A DNA stretch of 64,000 bases. Origin: the human T2T-CHM13v2.0 reference genome, Homo sapiens. How positions within the stretch are numbered: position 1 is the first letter of the stretch; each line of letters starts with the position of its first letter. Below, one piece after another: positions 1 to 16,728 of the stretch. Location: assembly GCF_009914755.1 (NCBI RefSeq), contig NC_060940.1; one strand, given 5' to 3'. A program made the position numbers and the translations under genes. The notes beneath the pieces are model-generated. The model saw only the letters and a list, made by a program, of their open reading frames with translations, did not search any database and was not told the DNA's origin.

Positions 1-39
1 GTCTTTCTCCTGCCAAAACTATAACTCCATGTAGGATAG

Positions 40-122
40 TACTGTGTCTTCATCACCCTTTGTCTCCAGCTTCCAGTAAAGTGCCTGGCACATGGTAGGT
101 TCAGTTGTTGAATGAATGACTG
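40..122 (+). mobile_element. L2 3' end fragment
   Basis: gtgcctggcacatggtagg...gttgaatgaatga, the typical L2 terminus. Confidence 0.6.
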
Positions 123-144
123 GGTGGATGTATGGAGGAAGGGA

Positions 145-235
145 TCTGGGTTACAGTCCTGGATCTGCTACTGATTTGCTATGTGCCTTTGGCCAAGTCC
201 ATTCTCTTTCTAGGCCTCAGTTTCCCCACAGGCTC
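145..235 (+). mobile_element. MIR fragment
   Basis: ctgggtt..tcctggatctgctact..tgtgcctttggccaagtc..ggcctcagtttcc MIR core. Confidence 0.6.
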
Positions 236-794
236 AATGCTGGGTGAAATCACTCCTGGAATTCCACATTTATGTTTTAGGTCGTTATGATTCCTAGGAC
301 AGCAGCCACATCTCAGGCTTCAAAGGAGGCTAGGTAAGACAGCTGAAGACCATGCTGTTGGAAACCTGAGACTGACAGTTCCAGGATTCATGGCAATTAA
401 TTTGAAATTCTCAGATCTGGTTCTTTTCCCAACCCCTGAGACTTAGTAGGATAGGCGGAGGCCAGGATGTTTCCTATTTGTTAGCCACTGCATTTATGTG
501 AAGTGCTGCCTTCTCCTGCTTCCCTCCCTTTCCCTTTAGGGTGTGTGTGGGTATCTGGGTGCACATTCTGGGAGTGGTTCTCTGTGGCATGTGGTACATG
601 CCCCTTTCCTTGTTTTCCTCCTGATCATGTTAGCTGTCCTCCTCAAACCCTGGCACAGCCTGCTCTTGGCAAGGCAACACTGTCAGTCATTTACACCTCC
701 CTGGAGACTGACATTTCTCCTCTCCCTTCCAGAGATATTTATAATTAGCATGTCCCATGATGAAGCACAAGGGTTGGCTGGTTCTAACCTTATA

Positions 795-950
795 GGTGGT
801 TCCTGACTTACCAGTCGTGTGATGTTGGGCAAGTTATGTAGCCCCTTTATGGTTTAATTTCCTAATCTGCAAAATGGATATAATGCTAGTAATCACCCCA
901 TTAGGTTGTCGAGAGGTTAAATGAGTTAGTACAGTAAAACACTAGGACAG
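795..950 (+). mobile_element. MIR fragment
   Basis: tgtgatgttgggcaagtta...atctgcaaaatgg...gaggttaaatgag. Confidence 0.65.
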
Positions 951-1044
951 ATGGTGGTGCACACAGCACACACATCACAGCCATTAGCCACTGTCCTCAT
1001 CCTGTAAGTACCTGGTGATGCCTGACTTGAGGTCTGGGCTCTGT

Positions 1045-1705
<661 letters not shown>

Positions 1706-4204
1706 TAACTGGGTAAATGTTCTTGGCCTTTATTCAGCAGAACATTGTTACCTCCTTTCTCCTGGCAAGATAAAAAAAGAACACATCCTTAGATGTGTCA
1801 GAAAACAGAAAGCTCTCAACGTAAAGTGCCTCCCAGTAGAGAAACAAACCTCCACGTTTGAAACCTGCTCCAAACCACTCCCGGGCTCTGTAAAAAGGCC
1901 CAGGCAAATGAGAACTCCAGATCAGAACCTGGGTGTGGGGGAGCTATGTAGAACTCCGGCAAGCTATTTAAAGAGATTTAAACGCGCCGTTTCCTAGTTA
2001 TTCTGAGGTGCAGCTATAATTGCTGTTCTTTCCAAATAAATCCTTCAGATTAAATGGATATCGAGTGTGTAAGTTCAATGATTGCTCACGGCACGCGAAC
2101 CTTGTCAAAGTTCAGAGTGAGTCAGTCTAGATTAACAGGAGGAAGTTGGCAAACATTGTTTTAGTCTTAACACTATCATTTGGTGCTGGTGTTGAATGTT
2201 TACATTTTGGGGAGAGAAAACTCAGGCCAGATAAGGCAGCCTGGGGCCACACTTGGGAGTCAGGAATCTTGGCTTGGCAACAAGGTTTTGTAATTTAGGG
2301 GGAGTCCCTGCTCTCCTCTGAACCTCAATTTTGCCACCTGCTTTTTGGGAGTAGTGTGGTTGAACTCGATCTTTTCCAAGGATATTTTCTATCTGGTTTA
2401 TGACTGAGAAGGTCTCCCTTCTTTCTACTTTTGGGGACATAGTTGCCCTTCTTCTTCTGCTAGCACCTGCCAGTGTGTGGCCTCTGTTTTAGGGACACCC
2501 CACCACGTCACTAAGACAATGCTAACTAGGTCTGTTTTGAATTTGACGAGCCTTCACCCATCTGCCTACCCAAAAGCACTTCTCTGAGCAAACTTGTGTA
2601 CAAATGTCAACAGGCACCACAGAGCATCCGAGAAACATGCCCAGAGGTGCCGTTAGGAGGTTGGAATTATGAGGTGAGCAGTAAGAAGCCAAAAAATAAG
2701 GGAGCCACTTGAGCAGAGAGTATAAACATAAATATCCCCAAGCAGGCCCCAGCACTGGGTTTTTTATGTTGATGTTCTAATGTGTTATCCACTAAGGGCT
2801 TATTTACGCCGTTTTGGTATTCCCTGCAATTCATTTATCTGCATAAGGAAGAGGCGCTAACAGGACAGTTCCTCATGAACAACATCCCTATGTGATCCTT
2901 CATGCCCAGATCTATAATTCATGAGCTGATGGCCTGGTGGCAGTTTCCATAAAGGCCACGCCGGGCACCCAGTCGTTAACGTCCTCACTGTCATGCATGG
3001 AATCGAAATAAGCCCACTCTCCTTCTATTCATCACGACGTCCCCGACGTGTGGGCAATGATATTATCCAAATATTATTAAAACTTTGAACCCTGTCCCCA
3101 TAAATTATGACCGAATGGCTCCATGGCCATTAGGAGAGGGGAATGTATGGGCTTCAGTTGCTGCCGAGTAATTATGTGCTTAAAAGGAAGCGTGGCTGAG
3201 CATCTCCCTAGTAAAAAAGAGAGAAGCTAGGATCATTTGTTACTGCTGCAGCGCTCGAAGCTGGACCGTTCAGGCAGGTCAAGTCAACCTTACAGAAGGA
3301 CAATTATCTGCCTAGAGAGACCAAACATCTGTTATTAAGTATGTACAGGCATCAAGGCAACACGCTAGAAACCTTGTCCACTTCAAACACTTGGCGTATT
3401 CCACACAACACCCCCTTCGCGTTTTGTTACTGCAGCAGTCAGCTTTGAAATATGCCCTATCTTCCCTCCCCCGGCCCCTGGCTTTCATGTACCCTGCAGC
3501 TGCTAACGATGGTGTTGTAACTTTAGAAGAAGCTTGCTATCTTTCTCTGGCTCTTTAAGTAATAATAATAATTTTTTGTAACTTTTTTTTCCTCCCAAAC
3601 TTTCTTTTGCATTTATTAGCTATTCAAGGGGTTTTGCTGTGGCAGAGATAATATAGCATTTGGAAGCGCAAGGGAAGCTTGTGTTCACATGAGCAGCCGA
3701 ATGGCTCTTTGATGCATGTATCGGCAGCAATTTGTAGGCTGGTATGCTGCATGACAGAGAGACTGCTCTGTGTTGGGATTATAAAATGGGAAATAGAGTT
3801 TTCTCAGGCTATTGTTGTTCTCTAGACTGTGTGTATGTTAGAATGCTAGAAGAATGGGGAAAGGGACCCTAGAAATCAGGTAGGAGGAGGCAGGGGGCAG
3901 GTCAGAAAACAAGGCTACAGGCAAAGTGGGTTGAAACAGCAGGATGAGGACAATGGGGATGCCCAGGGAGATAACACTGCAATCACTCCGGCTGAGCACT
4001 TCCAGACAAGAATAAAGAAAGTGCAGTTTTCCACTCATAAAGACTCAAAGTATAATATCAGGTAAGGAGATTTGGGCCATGTTTATGGAGGAGGAAAGGC
4101 AAGACTCTCCTCTGCTAAGTGACGTAAAATAACAGGCCAGATTCCTTTCTTCTCGAGGAGAATGGAATCTCTAGCTCTTGTAGGGCCTTGCAATCTGAGC
4201 ATCT

Positions 4205-4385
4205 TAAAGATATATGATGTCTGGATTTGCTTCAAAGTAATTCATGGTGGAGTGGGGATGGGCGGGGCTATAGATGAAATAAAATTGGCCCTGAGTTAAT
4301 CATTGTTGAAGCTGAGGAACAGACACAGATTATTTTCAACACTTTTGATTATATCTGAAAATTTCCCATAATTAAAAATAAAATC
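4205..4385 (+). mobile_element. Ancient L1ME-type 3' end
   Basis: atgatgtctggatttgcttcaaa...gagttaatcattgttgaagctg...tgaaaatttcccataattaaaa. Confidence 0.6.
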
Positions 4386-4604
4386 CCAAGGAACAGAACT
4401 CTTTTCTGATGTGAATGATCAAGAGAGTCAGGAAAGAACCCATCTTCCCAGGACTGAAGTCTATAAACACAAACCAGGGAAAAGGAGCCGAGACTGGCTT
4501 GTTGGCATAGTACATGCTCAATGCTCTAATCCATCCCGTAAACATTTTTCCCAGAAAAACCTTCTTAAAACGCGATTTTTAGGTGTTTAAAATGCTGAGA
4601 AAGG

Positions 4605-5061
4605 CATCCCAAGTTTCCTTTGGAGAGCCAGCCCTTTTCCACCACAGGTTGCTAGATGGCGAGTGAGATTAATCTCCATCCCCATCTCCCCATTTCATTA
4701 CAGGGGCAAACATGGGACCCAGGCCTGGCCCACTGGACCATCCCTTGGCCACGATGATTGGCTTAGGGGAGGTCATGTGATCCAACTTAAGCCAGTGAAA
4801 CTCAGCTCTGGAGCTTCTGTTGAAACTATAGCTGAAAGACCAGCTTGTCAGTCCTGGTAGCCGTTTTTGCCATATTTGCTATCCTGAGAGGGGAATTTGC
4901 ATGAGAATGAAGTTGTTCCAGAAGAAAGCATACATGAGAGATGGAGAAGTTGAGAAATCTGCCCCTGCATAATTCAGTTAAGTAAGTTATTTCTCCTTTT
5001 TCGCATGTTCAGGTAGAGCTGGATTTCTGTCACTTACAATCAGAAGAGTCCTGACTGAGAT
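4605..5061 (+). mobile_element. MaLR solo LTR, MLT1K/J-like
   Basis: ccttggccacgatgattggcttagggg..ggtcatgtgatccaa; 3' end tttctgtcacttacaatcagaagagtcctgactga. Confidence 0.7.
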
Positions 5062-5644
5062 AGTAGCAGAACAGTCTGAAGGTTACAAGGAGAAAACACT
5101 CAGCCCAGCTTGGGCAGAGGACTGTGAGCATCAGCCATGGGCTTGAGTGAAATGCTATGCCAGTGGCCGATAACCTGTTTCCTACGCCCATGAGGAAATC
5201 ACCAATGGACAAGGGTGTCTTTCCTGGTTAGCCCAGATGTGACCCCAAGTTCTTTTCCATTCAGTATTGCAGGCAGCCACTACGGATCAGTTGCATTTGG
5301 CACAAGGACAGACCTTGGGCACTGGAGAGAAGCCGGGGAGGGACCCTTTCTAGGGGGCCCCAGGGTGGCCAGTGCCACCACAGACCCAAGGACACTTCAC
5401 AGATCTGGGTAGAAGAATTGAGGCCTCTAGGCTTAGGGGGCGCCTGACAAAGTCCTGGGGGCTGGGTGGGGAGGCCCTTAAACTGGGCTTCTTGAATCAA
5501 GGCAGAGGCTGAGTACTGCACCCGGGCTCTGAATACCATCTCAGCAGCTTCCCACCTGAGCTAACGGCTGTAGATGGGTGTGACTGGTACCAGGCTCCTT
5601 GAGGCTTCAGGCGACGTTTTAGCCTCCTTAATAGAGAAGGAATG

Positions 5645-5880
5645 TGGATTCTCAGAGCCACAATGCCTGGGTTCAAAGCCTGGGTTCAAAAACTGTCTTG
5701 GCTACTTTTTAGCTATGTGACTTGTCCAAGGTACTAAACCTGTCTGTTTAGGTTTCTTATCTGTAAAATGGGGATAATAATAACACCTCCTTGGATTATA
5801 GTGAATATTAAACTGGCGTTTTTTAGGTGAAGCACTGAGAATAATGCCTGGCACAAATTAAGTGCCATGTATTTGTTAAA
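5645..5880 (+). mobile_element. MIR, with a 13-bp tandem duplication gcctgggttcaaa
   Basis: MIR core tatctgtaaaatggggataataa; gcctggcaca. Confidence 0.75.
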
Positions 5881-6348
5881 CAAGTACATAAATAAATAAA
5901 ATCTCCTTTATTCTCAGGGGTTCAACTGGGGATTTTGCTGAGAGGTAAGAGAGTCAGTCCCGAATCACTTCTGCTATTTACCCCATTCATTCTCTTGCTT
6001 ACTTTCCCATTGGTTCAGCACTGACCTTGGGCCAAACATAGGAATAGTTTTATCTCCAGACAACCTCTTCAGATTCATTTTACTTAGATGGTGCAAATCT
6101 CAATAGGGATTCTAGAAATCCACCTAAGGACATTGGTGCATACCCTCAGGTGGCTTCAAAACAGTGCCCTGGGCCTTTCTTTCCCTGTGAGCCACACTGC
6201 CCCACTTCCCTTGCCTTGTGGATCTTCAGAGAAATGAGGGCTGTACTTCTTAGATCTAGGAAACGGAATTTCCGGGGAACAATATAACTTGTTCAAAGAC
6301 CATCAAGTGGGACGTGGAAGTCTGGGGTTGCATTCTGGGTCTTTCTGA

Positions 6349-6458
6349 CCTTTCCCTTTCCCTTTCCCTTTCCCTTTCCCTTTCCCTTTCCCTCCCTCCC
6401 TCCCTCCCTCCCTCCCTTCCTTCCTTCCTTCTTTCCTTTCCTCTTTCTTTTCTTTTTT
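6349..6458. repeat. Compound microsatellite (CCTTTC)n(CCCT)n(CCTT)n derived from an Alu tail
   Basis: directly visible; contiguous with the Alu 3' end. Confidence 0.9.
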
Positions 6459-6731
6459 ATGAAGCAGAGTCTCACTCTGTCACCCAGATGCAGTGCAGGT
6501 TGGGATCTCGGCTCACTGCAACCTCTGCCTCTTGGGCTCAAGTGATCCTCCTACCTCAGCCTCCTGAGTAACTGGGACTACAGACATGTACCAGGCCTGG
6601 CAAATTTGTGTTTTTGTAGAGACAGGGTTTCGCCATGTTGCCCAGGCTGATCTCAAACTCCTGGGTTCAAGCGATCTGCCTGCCTTGGCCTCCTAAAGTT
6701 CTGGGACTACAAGCGTGAGCTACCGCGCCTG
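6459..6731 (-). mobile_element. AluJ-type SINE
   Basis: Alu body; degenerate TSD tctttctgac (6340-6349) / tctatctgac (6733-6742). Confidence 0.9.
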
Positions 6732-7006
6732 CTCTATCTGACTTATTTTATTTATTTATTTATTTTTTGTTATCTGTGATATTTTCTTTTCTTTTTTTTT
6801 TATTATACTTTAAGTTTTAGGGTACATGTGCACAACATGCAGGTTTGTTACATATATATACATGTGCCATGTTGGTGTGCTGCACCCATTAACTCGTCAT
6901 TTAATATTAGGTATATCTCCTAATGCTATCCCTCCCTCCTCCCCCAACCCCATAACAGGCCCTGGTGTGTGATGTTCCCCTTCCTGTGTCCATGTGTTCT
7001 CATTGT

Positions 7007-10826
<3,820 letters not shown>

Positions 10827-10889
10827 TATGATGTTAGCTGGTTATTTTGCTCGTTAGTTGATGCAGTTTCTTCCTAACCTCGATGGTCT

Positions 10890-11906
10890 TTACAATTTGG
10901 CATGTTTTTGCAGTGGCTGGTACTGGTTGTTCTTTTCCATATTTAGTGCTTTCTTCAGGAGCTCTTGTAGGGCAGGCCTAGTGGTGACAAAATCTCTCAG
11001 CATTTGCTTGTCTATAAAGGATTTTATTTCTCCTTCACTTATGAAGCTTAGTTTGGGTGGATATGAAATTCTGGGTTGAAAATTCTTTTCTTTCCAAATG
11101 TTGAATATTGGCCCTCACTCTCTTCTGGCTTGTAGAGTTTCTGCTGAGAGATCAGCTGTTAGTCTGATGGGCTTCCCTTTGTGAGTAACCCGACCTTCTC
11201 TCTGGCTGCCCTTAACATTTTTTTCATTCATTTCAACTGTGGTGAATCTCACAGTTATGTGTCTTTGAGTTGCTCTTCTTCAGAAGTATCTTTGTGGCGT
11301 TCTCTGTATTTCCTGAATTTGAATGTTGGCCTGCCTTGCTAGATTGGGGAAGTTTTCCTGGATAATATCCTGAAGAGTGTTTTCCAGCTTGGTTCCATTC
11401 TCCCCGTCACTTTCAGGTACACCAATCTGACTTAGGTTTGATCTTTTCACATAGTCCCATATTTCTTGGAGGCTTTGTTCATTTCTTTTTACTCTTTTTT
11501 CTCTAAACTTCTTTTCTCGCTGCGTTTCATTCATTTGATCTTCCATCGCTGATACCTTTTCTAACAGTTGATTGAATTGGCTACTGAGGCTTGTGCATTC
11601 GTCACGTAGGTCTCGTGCCATGGTTTTCAGCTCCATCAGGTCCTTTAAGGACTTCTCTGCATTGGTTATTCTAGTTAGCCATTCGTCTAATCTTTTTTCA
11701 AGGTTTTTAACTTCTTTGCCATGGGTTTGAACTTCCCCCTTTAGCTCGGAGTACTTTGATTGTCTGAAGCCTTCTTCTTTCAACTCATCAAAGTCATTCT
11801 CTGTCCAGCTTTTTTCTGTTGCTGGTGAGGAGCTACGTTCCTTTGGAGGAGGAGAGGTGCTCTGATTTTTAGAATTTTCAGTTTTTCTGCTCTGTTTTTT
11901 CTCCAT
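10890..11906 (-). pseudogene. L1 ORF1p with premature stop
   Basis: MEKKQSRKTENSKNQ...ENFPNLARQANIQIQEIQRTPQRY, then in-frame TGA at 11280-11282; canonical stop at 10890-10892. Confidence 0.95.
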
Positions 11907-12933
11907 CTTTGTGGTTTTATCTACCTTTTGTCTTTGATGATGGTGACGTACAGATGGGTTTTTGGTGTGGATGTTCTTTCTGTTTGTTAGTTTTCCTTCT
12001 AACAGTGAGGACCCTCAGCTGCAGGTCTGTTGGAGTTTGCCAGAGGCCCACTCCAGACCCTGTTTGCATGGGTATCAGCAGTGGAGACTGCAGAACAGCG
12101 GATATTGGTGAACAGTAAATGTTGCTGCCTGATCACTCCCCTGGAAGTTTTGTCTCAGAGGAGTACCCAGCCGTTGAGGTGTTAGTTTGCCCCTACTGGG
12201 GGGTGCCTCCCAGTTAGGCTACTCAGGTGTTGGGGATGCACTTGAGGAGGCAGTCTGTCCATTCTCAGATCTGAAGCTGTGTGCTGGGAGAACCACTACT
12301 CTCTTCAAAGCTGTCTGACAGGGACATTTAAGTCTGCAGAAGTTTCTGCTGCCTTTTGTTTGGCTATGCCCTGCCCCCAAGAGGTGGAGTCTACAGAGGC
12401 AGGCAGGCCTCCTTGAGCTGCATGGGGCTCCACACAGATCAAGCTTCCTGGCTGCTTTGTTTACCTACCTAAGCCTCAGCAATGTCAGGCGCCCCTCCCC
12501 CAGCCTCGCTGCTGCCTTGCAGTTTGATCTTAGACTGCTGTGCTAGCAATGAGCAAGGCTCTGTGGGCGTAGGACCCTCTGAGCCGTGCGCGGGATATAA
12601 TCTCCTGGTGTGCTGTTTGCTAAGACCGTTGGAAAAGCACAGTATTAGGGTGGGAGTGACCCGGTTTTCCAGATGCTGTCTGTCACCCCTTTCCTTGGCT
12701 AAGCAAGGGAATTCCCTGACACCTTGTGCTTCCTGGGTGAGAGGATGCCTCACCCTGCTTTGGCTCAGGCTCAGTGCACTGCACCCACTGTCCTGCACCC
12801 CCTTTCCGACATTCCCTAGTGAGATGAACCCAGTACCTCAGTTGGAAATGCAGAAAACCTTTGTCTTCTGTGTCATTCATGCTGGGAGCTGTAGACTGGA
12901 GCTGTTCCTATTTGGCCATCTTGGCTCCACCCC
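11907..12933 (-). promoter_or_regulatory. L1 5'UTR with sense and antisense promoter; YY1 site retained
   Basis: CAAGATGGCC at 12914-12923 (minus strand); many CpGs decayed to TG/CA. Confidence 0.8.
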
Positions 12934-12961
12934 GACTTATTTTTATGTCATACTGATGTAG
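12482..12961 (+). CDS. L1 antisense ORF0 homologue, extended to 159 aa (translation unproven)
   Basis: MSGAPPPASLLPCSLILDCCASN...IRVGVTRFSRC matches primate L1 ORF0; frame stays open past the L1 5' end. Confidence 0.55.
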   Translation: MSGAPPPASLLPCSLILDCCASNEQGSVGVGPSEPCAGYNLLVCCLLRPLEKHSIRVGVTRFSRCCLSPLSLAKQGNSLTPCASWVRGCLTLLWLRLSALHPLSCTPFPTFPSEMNPVPQLEMQKTFVFCVIHAGSCRLELFLFGHLGSTPTYFYVILM

Positions 12962-14226
12962 ATCAATTCATCACCAACTGCCTTGCTTAATATTATGCTT
13001 TGTGGTCAATGTGTCTGTCTCTCCCATTACACTGGGTGGCTCTAGAGCCATGTTTCATTCATCTCTGCCTTTCTAGCCTCTACAAAACACTTGACTCAGG
13101 GCCCTCAGAACAGCTATAGACTTGTATTGCCAGGGAGTTTATGCAATTGCCCAAAGGTGTAAATCCTGTTATCATCTGGAGAAATGCTAGAAATACATCC
13201 TGTCTTTGAAAAGTCCCACTAGAACCTGCACCATGCATTCCTTTTTGGGTTGCAAGAGGATGCCCACTTCCAACTGAGATCTTTGTCCCTTTCTCTGATG
13301 TAAAATATCTATGCCTAGGACTGTGCTTCTGGGGACAATTAGAGAATTCAGTGAAGGGCAGCCTCAGAATATACCCTCTGGGCCAGACTCCTCTGACAGT
13401 GGTGCAGCAGCCAGCCCAGCCCCAGTGATCAATATCTCCACGAAAGGCTGCTGAATGTCATTGCCCAACCAAATCTCCTTATTTCCTGGAACAGGCCTCT
13501 CCTCTCTTGATTTCCTGTTCCCTGACCTCTCTCTAATTTATTGCTTCTGTTTATGATTCAAAGGTAAATGTTTTCAGTTCCATTTTCCTAAAGCTGCAGA
13601 TTTCATTCCCCTCGTTCCCTGCCCCCAAGTGATTGACTGCTGGTCTCTGAACAGCAGGCTCCTGGAAGGGAGAGAAAGTCCAGCCTAATGAGATCTCTCG
13701 CTCCTGCAAGTGCCGGGCAGGCCAGTCTCAGTTCAGCCATTTCCAAGTTGCTTCTGAAGAGCTTATACATATCTGGCTTCCAGAAGCCACAGTATACATT
13801 TCTTTGATCCATATAGTGTTAACATTTTAGACACACTCCTAAGAGAAGAGGGCATTGACAGTGGGGAGTGAGGGAACACATCTGGACCAGGCAGGGTGCA
13901 AGGGCCTGGAGGAGCAGAACAGCTATGGAGGGAATAGGTGGAGTCTGGAGACAGAGCTCTAGGGACAGGGCTGGCTGCAGGTTGGCACCTGCAGTAAACC
14001 CAGGCATCCTCAAAACTCCCTCACCTAGAGTAACCTTTTCCCAAATAACAGATTCTGTTGAGCAATTGGGACCATTTCTGGATCTCAATGTCAAGATCTA
14101 CCTCTAGTCATTATTTGCCTTCTGGTCAAGAAAAGGCTTTGGCCCAAGACAGGAGGAGTGCTGGGAAAAATACACTTTGGGCAATATCCACAAGAATTTG
14201 GCAAATGCTTTTTAAAATAATGACTC

Positions 14227-14670
14227 TTCAATAGCAAAGACTTGGAATCAATCTAAGTACCCATCAATAATGGATTGGATAAAGAAAATGCAATATATAT
14301 ACACCATGGAATACTATTTAGCCATAAAAATGAACAAAATCATGTTCTTTGCAGCAACATGGATGCAGCTGGAGGCCATTTTTCTAAGCAAATTAATGCA
14401 GGAACAGAAAACCAAATAGCGAATATTCTCACTTATAAGTGAGAGCTAGACATTGAGTACACATGGACATAAAGATGGCAGCAACAGACATCAGGGCCTA
14501 CTAGAAAAGGGAGAGGTGGGTATGTGCTGAAAAACTACTCATTGGGTACTATGTTCACTACGTGGGTTGCAGAATCATTCATACCCCAAACCTCAGTGTC
14601 ATGCAATATACCTATGTAACAAACCTGTACATGTACCCCCTGAAGCCAAAATAAAAGCTGAAAAATAAAA
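14227..14670 (+). mobile_element. 5'-truncated L1PA15-17-like 3' fragment
   Basis: L1 3'UTR ending gtaacaaacctgtacatgtacccc; 14-bp TSD TAAAATAATGACTC (14213-14226, 14671-14684). Confidence 0.9.
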
Positions 14671-15336
14671 TAAAATAATGACTCCTTCTGTCAAGCAAAC
14701 AATTTACCAAAACCACCTCCTGATGCCATGTTGTTGATGTTTAGAGACTGTTTGCTGAAGGCAGGTCAACACTATCAGTCAGAAGGGCCTTCTTGGCTTT
14801 TTTCTCTATCTGGGGTAATGGACACCACCTGCAAACATCCTCTCCCCAGAGCTGATCTGGGGATCTGGGGTTCAGTCAGGCTGAGGTCCAGGCTGCTGTT
14901 GTCTTTCCAGTTGTGATGAACTGGGTGGGCTTACAAACCCGGGGACTCCCTCAGCTCCACCCTGTCCTTACCTCTTCTCGTCCTCTCCGGCCTCCATCCT
15001 ATCTGCGTAAATTCTGAGTCATTCAGTTTGATGGGTGCCAGTGCCTGGCATGATGCCTCTCTATCAATTTGGAATTCCAGAATATTTCATGCATCTCCTG
15101 TTTACCCTGTCTCAGGTGATAATTCAAGAAAATCAAATAGAGTTTTAGAGAAGAGTCCACCAGTGACTGATGGCTGCTATTCACTGAACTAATTAATGAG
15201 CACAGAGGAGCCCAACTAGGGAGAAGAGAATGCATGCCAACGTTGGGCATGATGATAATATTTTCCAGGGCTCATCTCCTGCACTTGCAGTGATGCTTTA
15301 AATTTTCTGTAATTCCTGCTGTAAAGAGAAAATATA

Positions 15337-15960
<624 letters not shown>

Positions 15961-16116
15961 TCATGGGTTAATATAAAACATTAGAGTATGTCAAGATTTA
16001 GAGTTTCGGGGGAACAGAGAGGAATGAAAGGAGATGTAAATCCAGGTGGAAGATCCCAGTGGGTGAGAGAATGGCATGCAAACTCCCTGCATTTCTCTGC
16101 AAGCTGTTTTCCTTCC

Positions 16117-16728
16117 TGTTACAGGCTGAATTGTGCCCCTCAGTGCACATTTTGAAGCCTTAACCCCAAGTCCTGAAGAATGTGACTGTATTTGTAGATA
16201 GGGCCTTTAAAGAAGTAATTGAGATAACACAAGGGTGGGCTCTAATCCAATCTCACTGGTGTCCTTAGAAGGGGAGATTAGGACACAGACACACACAGAG
16301 GAAAGACCCTGTGGGGACACAGGGAGCAGATGGCCAGCTATAAGCCAAGGAGAGAGGCCGCAGAAGAAACCGACTTTGCCAACACCTGTTTTTTTTTTTT
16401 TTTTTGAAACGGAGTCTCACTCTGTCGCCCAGGCTGAGTGCAGTGGCTCGATCTTGGCTCACTGCAACCTCTGTCTCCTGGGTTCAAGCGATTCTCCTGC
16501 CTCAGCCTCCTGAGTAGCTGGGATTATAAGCACTTGCCACCAAGCCCAGCAAATTTTTGTATTTTTAGTAGAGATGGGGTTTCCCCATGTTGGCCATGCT
16601 GGTCTCGAACTCCTGACCCGACACCTTGATCTTGGACTTCCAGCCTCCAGAACTGTGAGGAAGAAATTCAGTGGTTTAAGCCACCCGATCTGTGGTATTT
16701 GTTATGGTAGCTTGAGCTGACTAACACA
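16117..16728 (+). mobile_element. MLT1A/B solo LTR interrupted by an Alu
   Basis: TG...CA termini; gaatgtgactgtatttg, ggacttccagcctccagaactgtgag; 5-bp TSD cttcc/cctcc. Confidence 0.85.
16388..16618 (-). mobile_element. 5'-truncated AluS
   Basis: poly-T and right arm; left arm ends at ctcctgacc; TSD ccaacacct/ccgacacct. Confidence 0.9.

Noticed and set aside
5428-5444. CTCF-like motif TAGGGGGCGC
   Set aside because: 5' half of the core motif mismatched; not supportable from sequence alone
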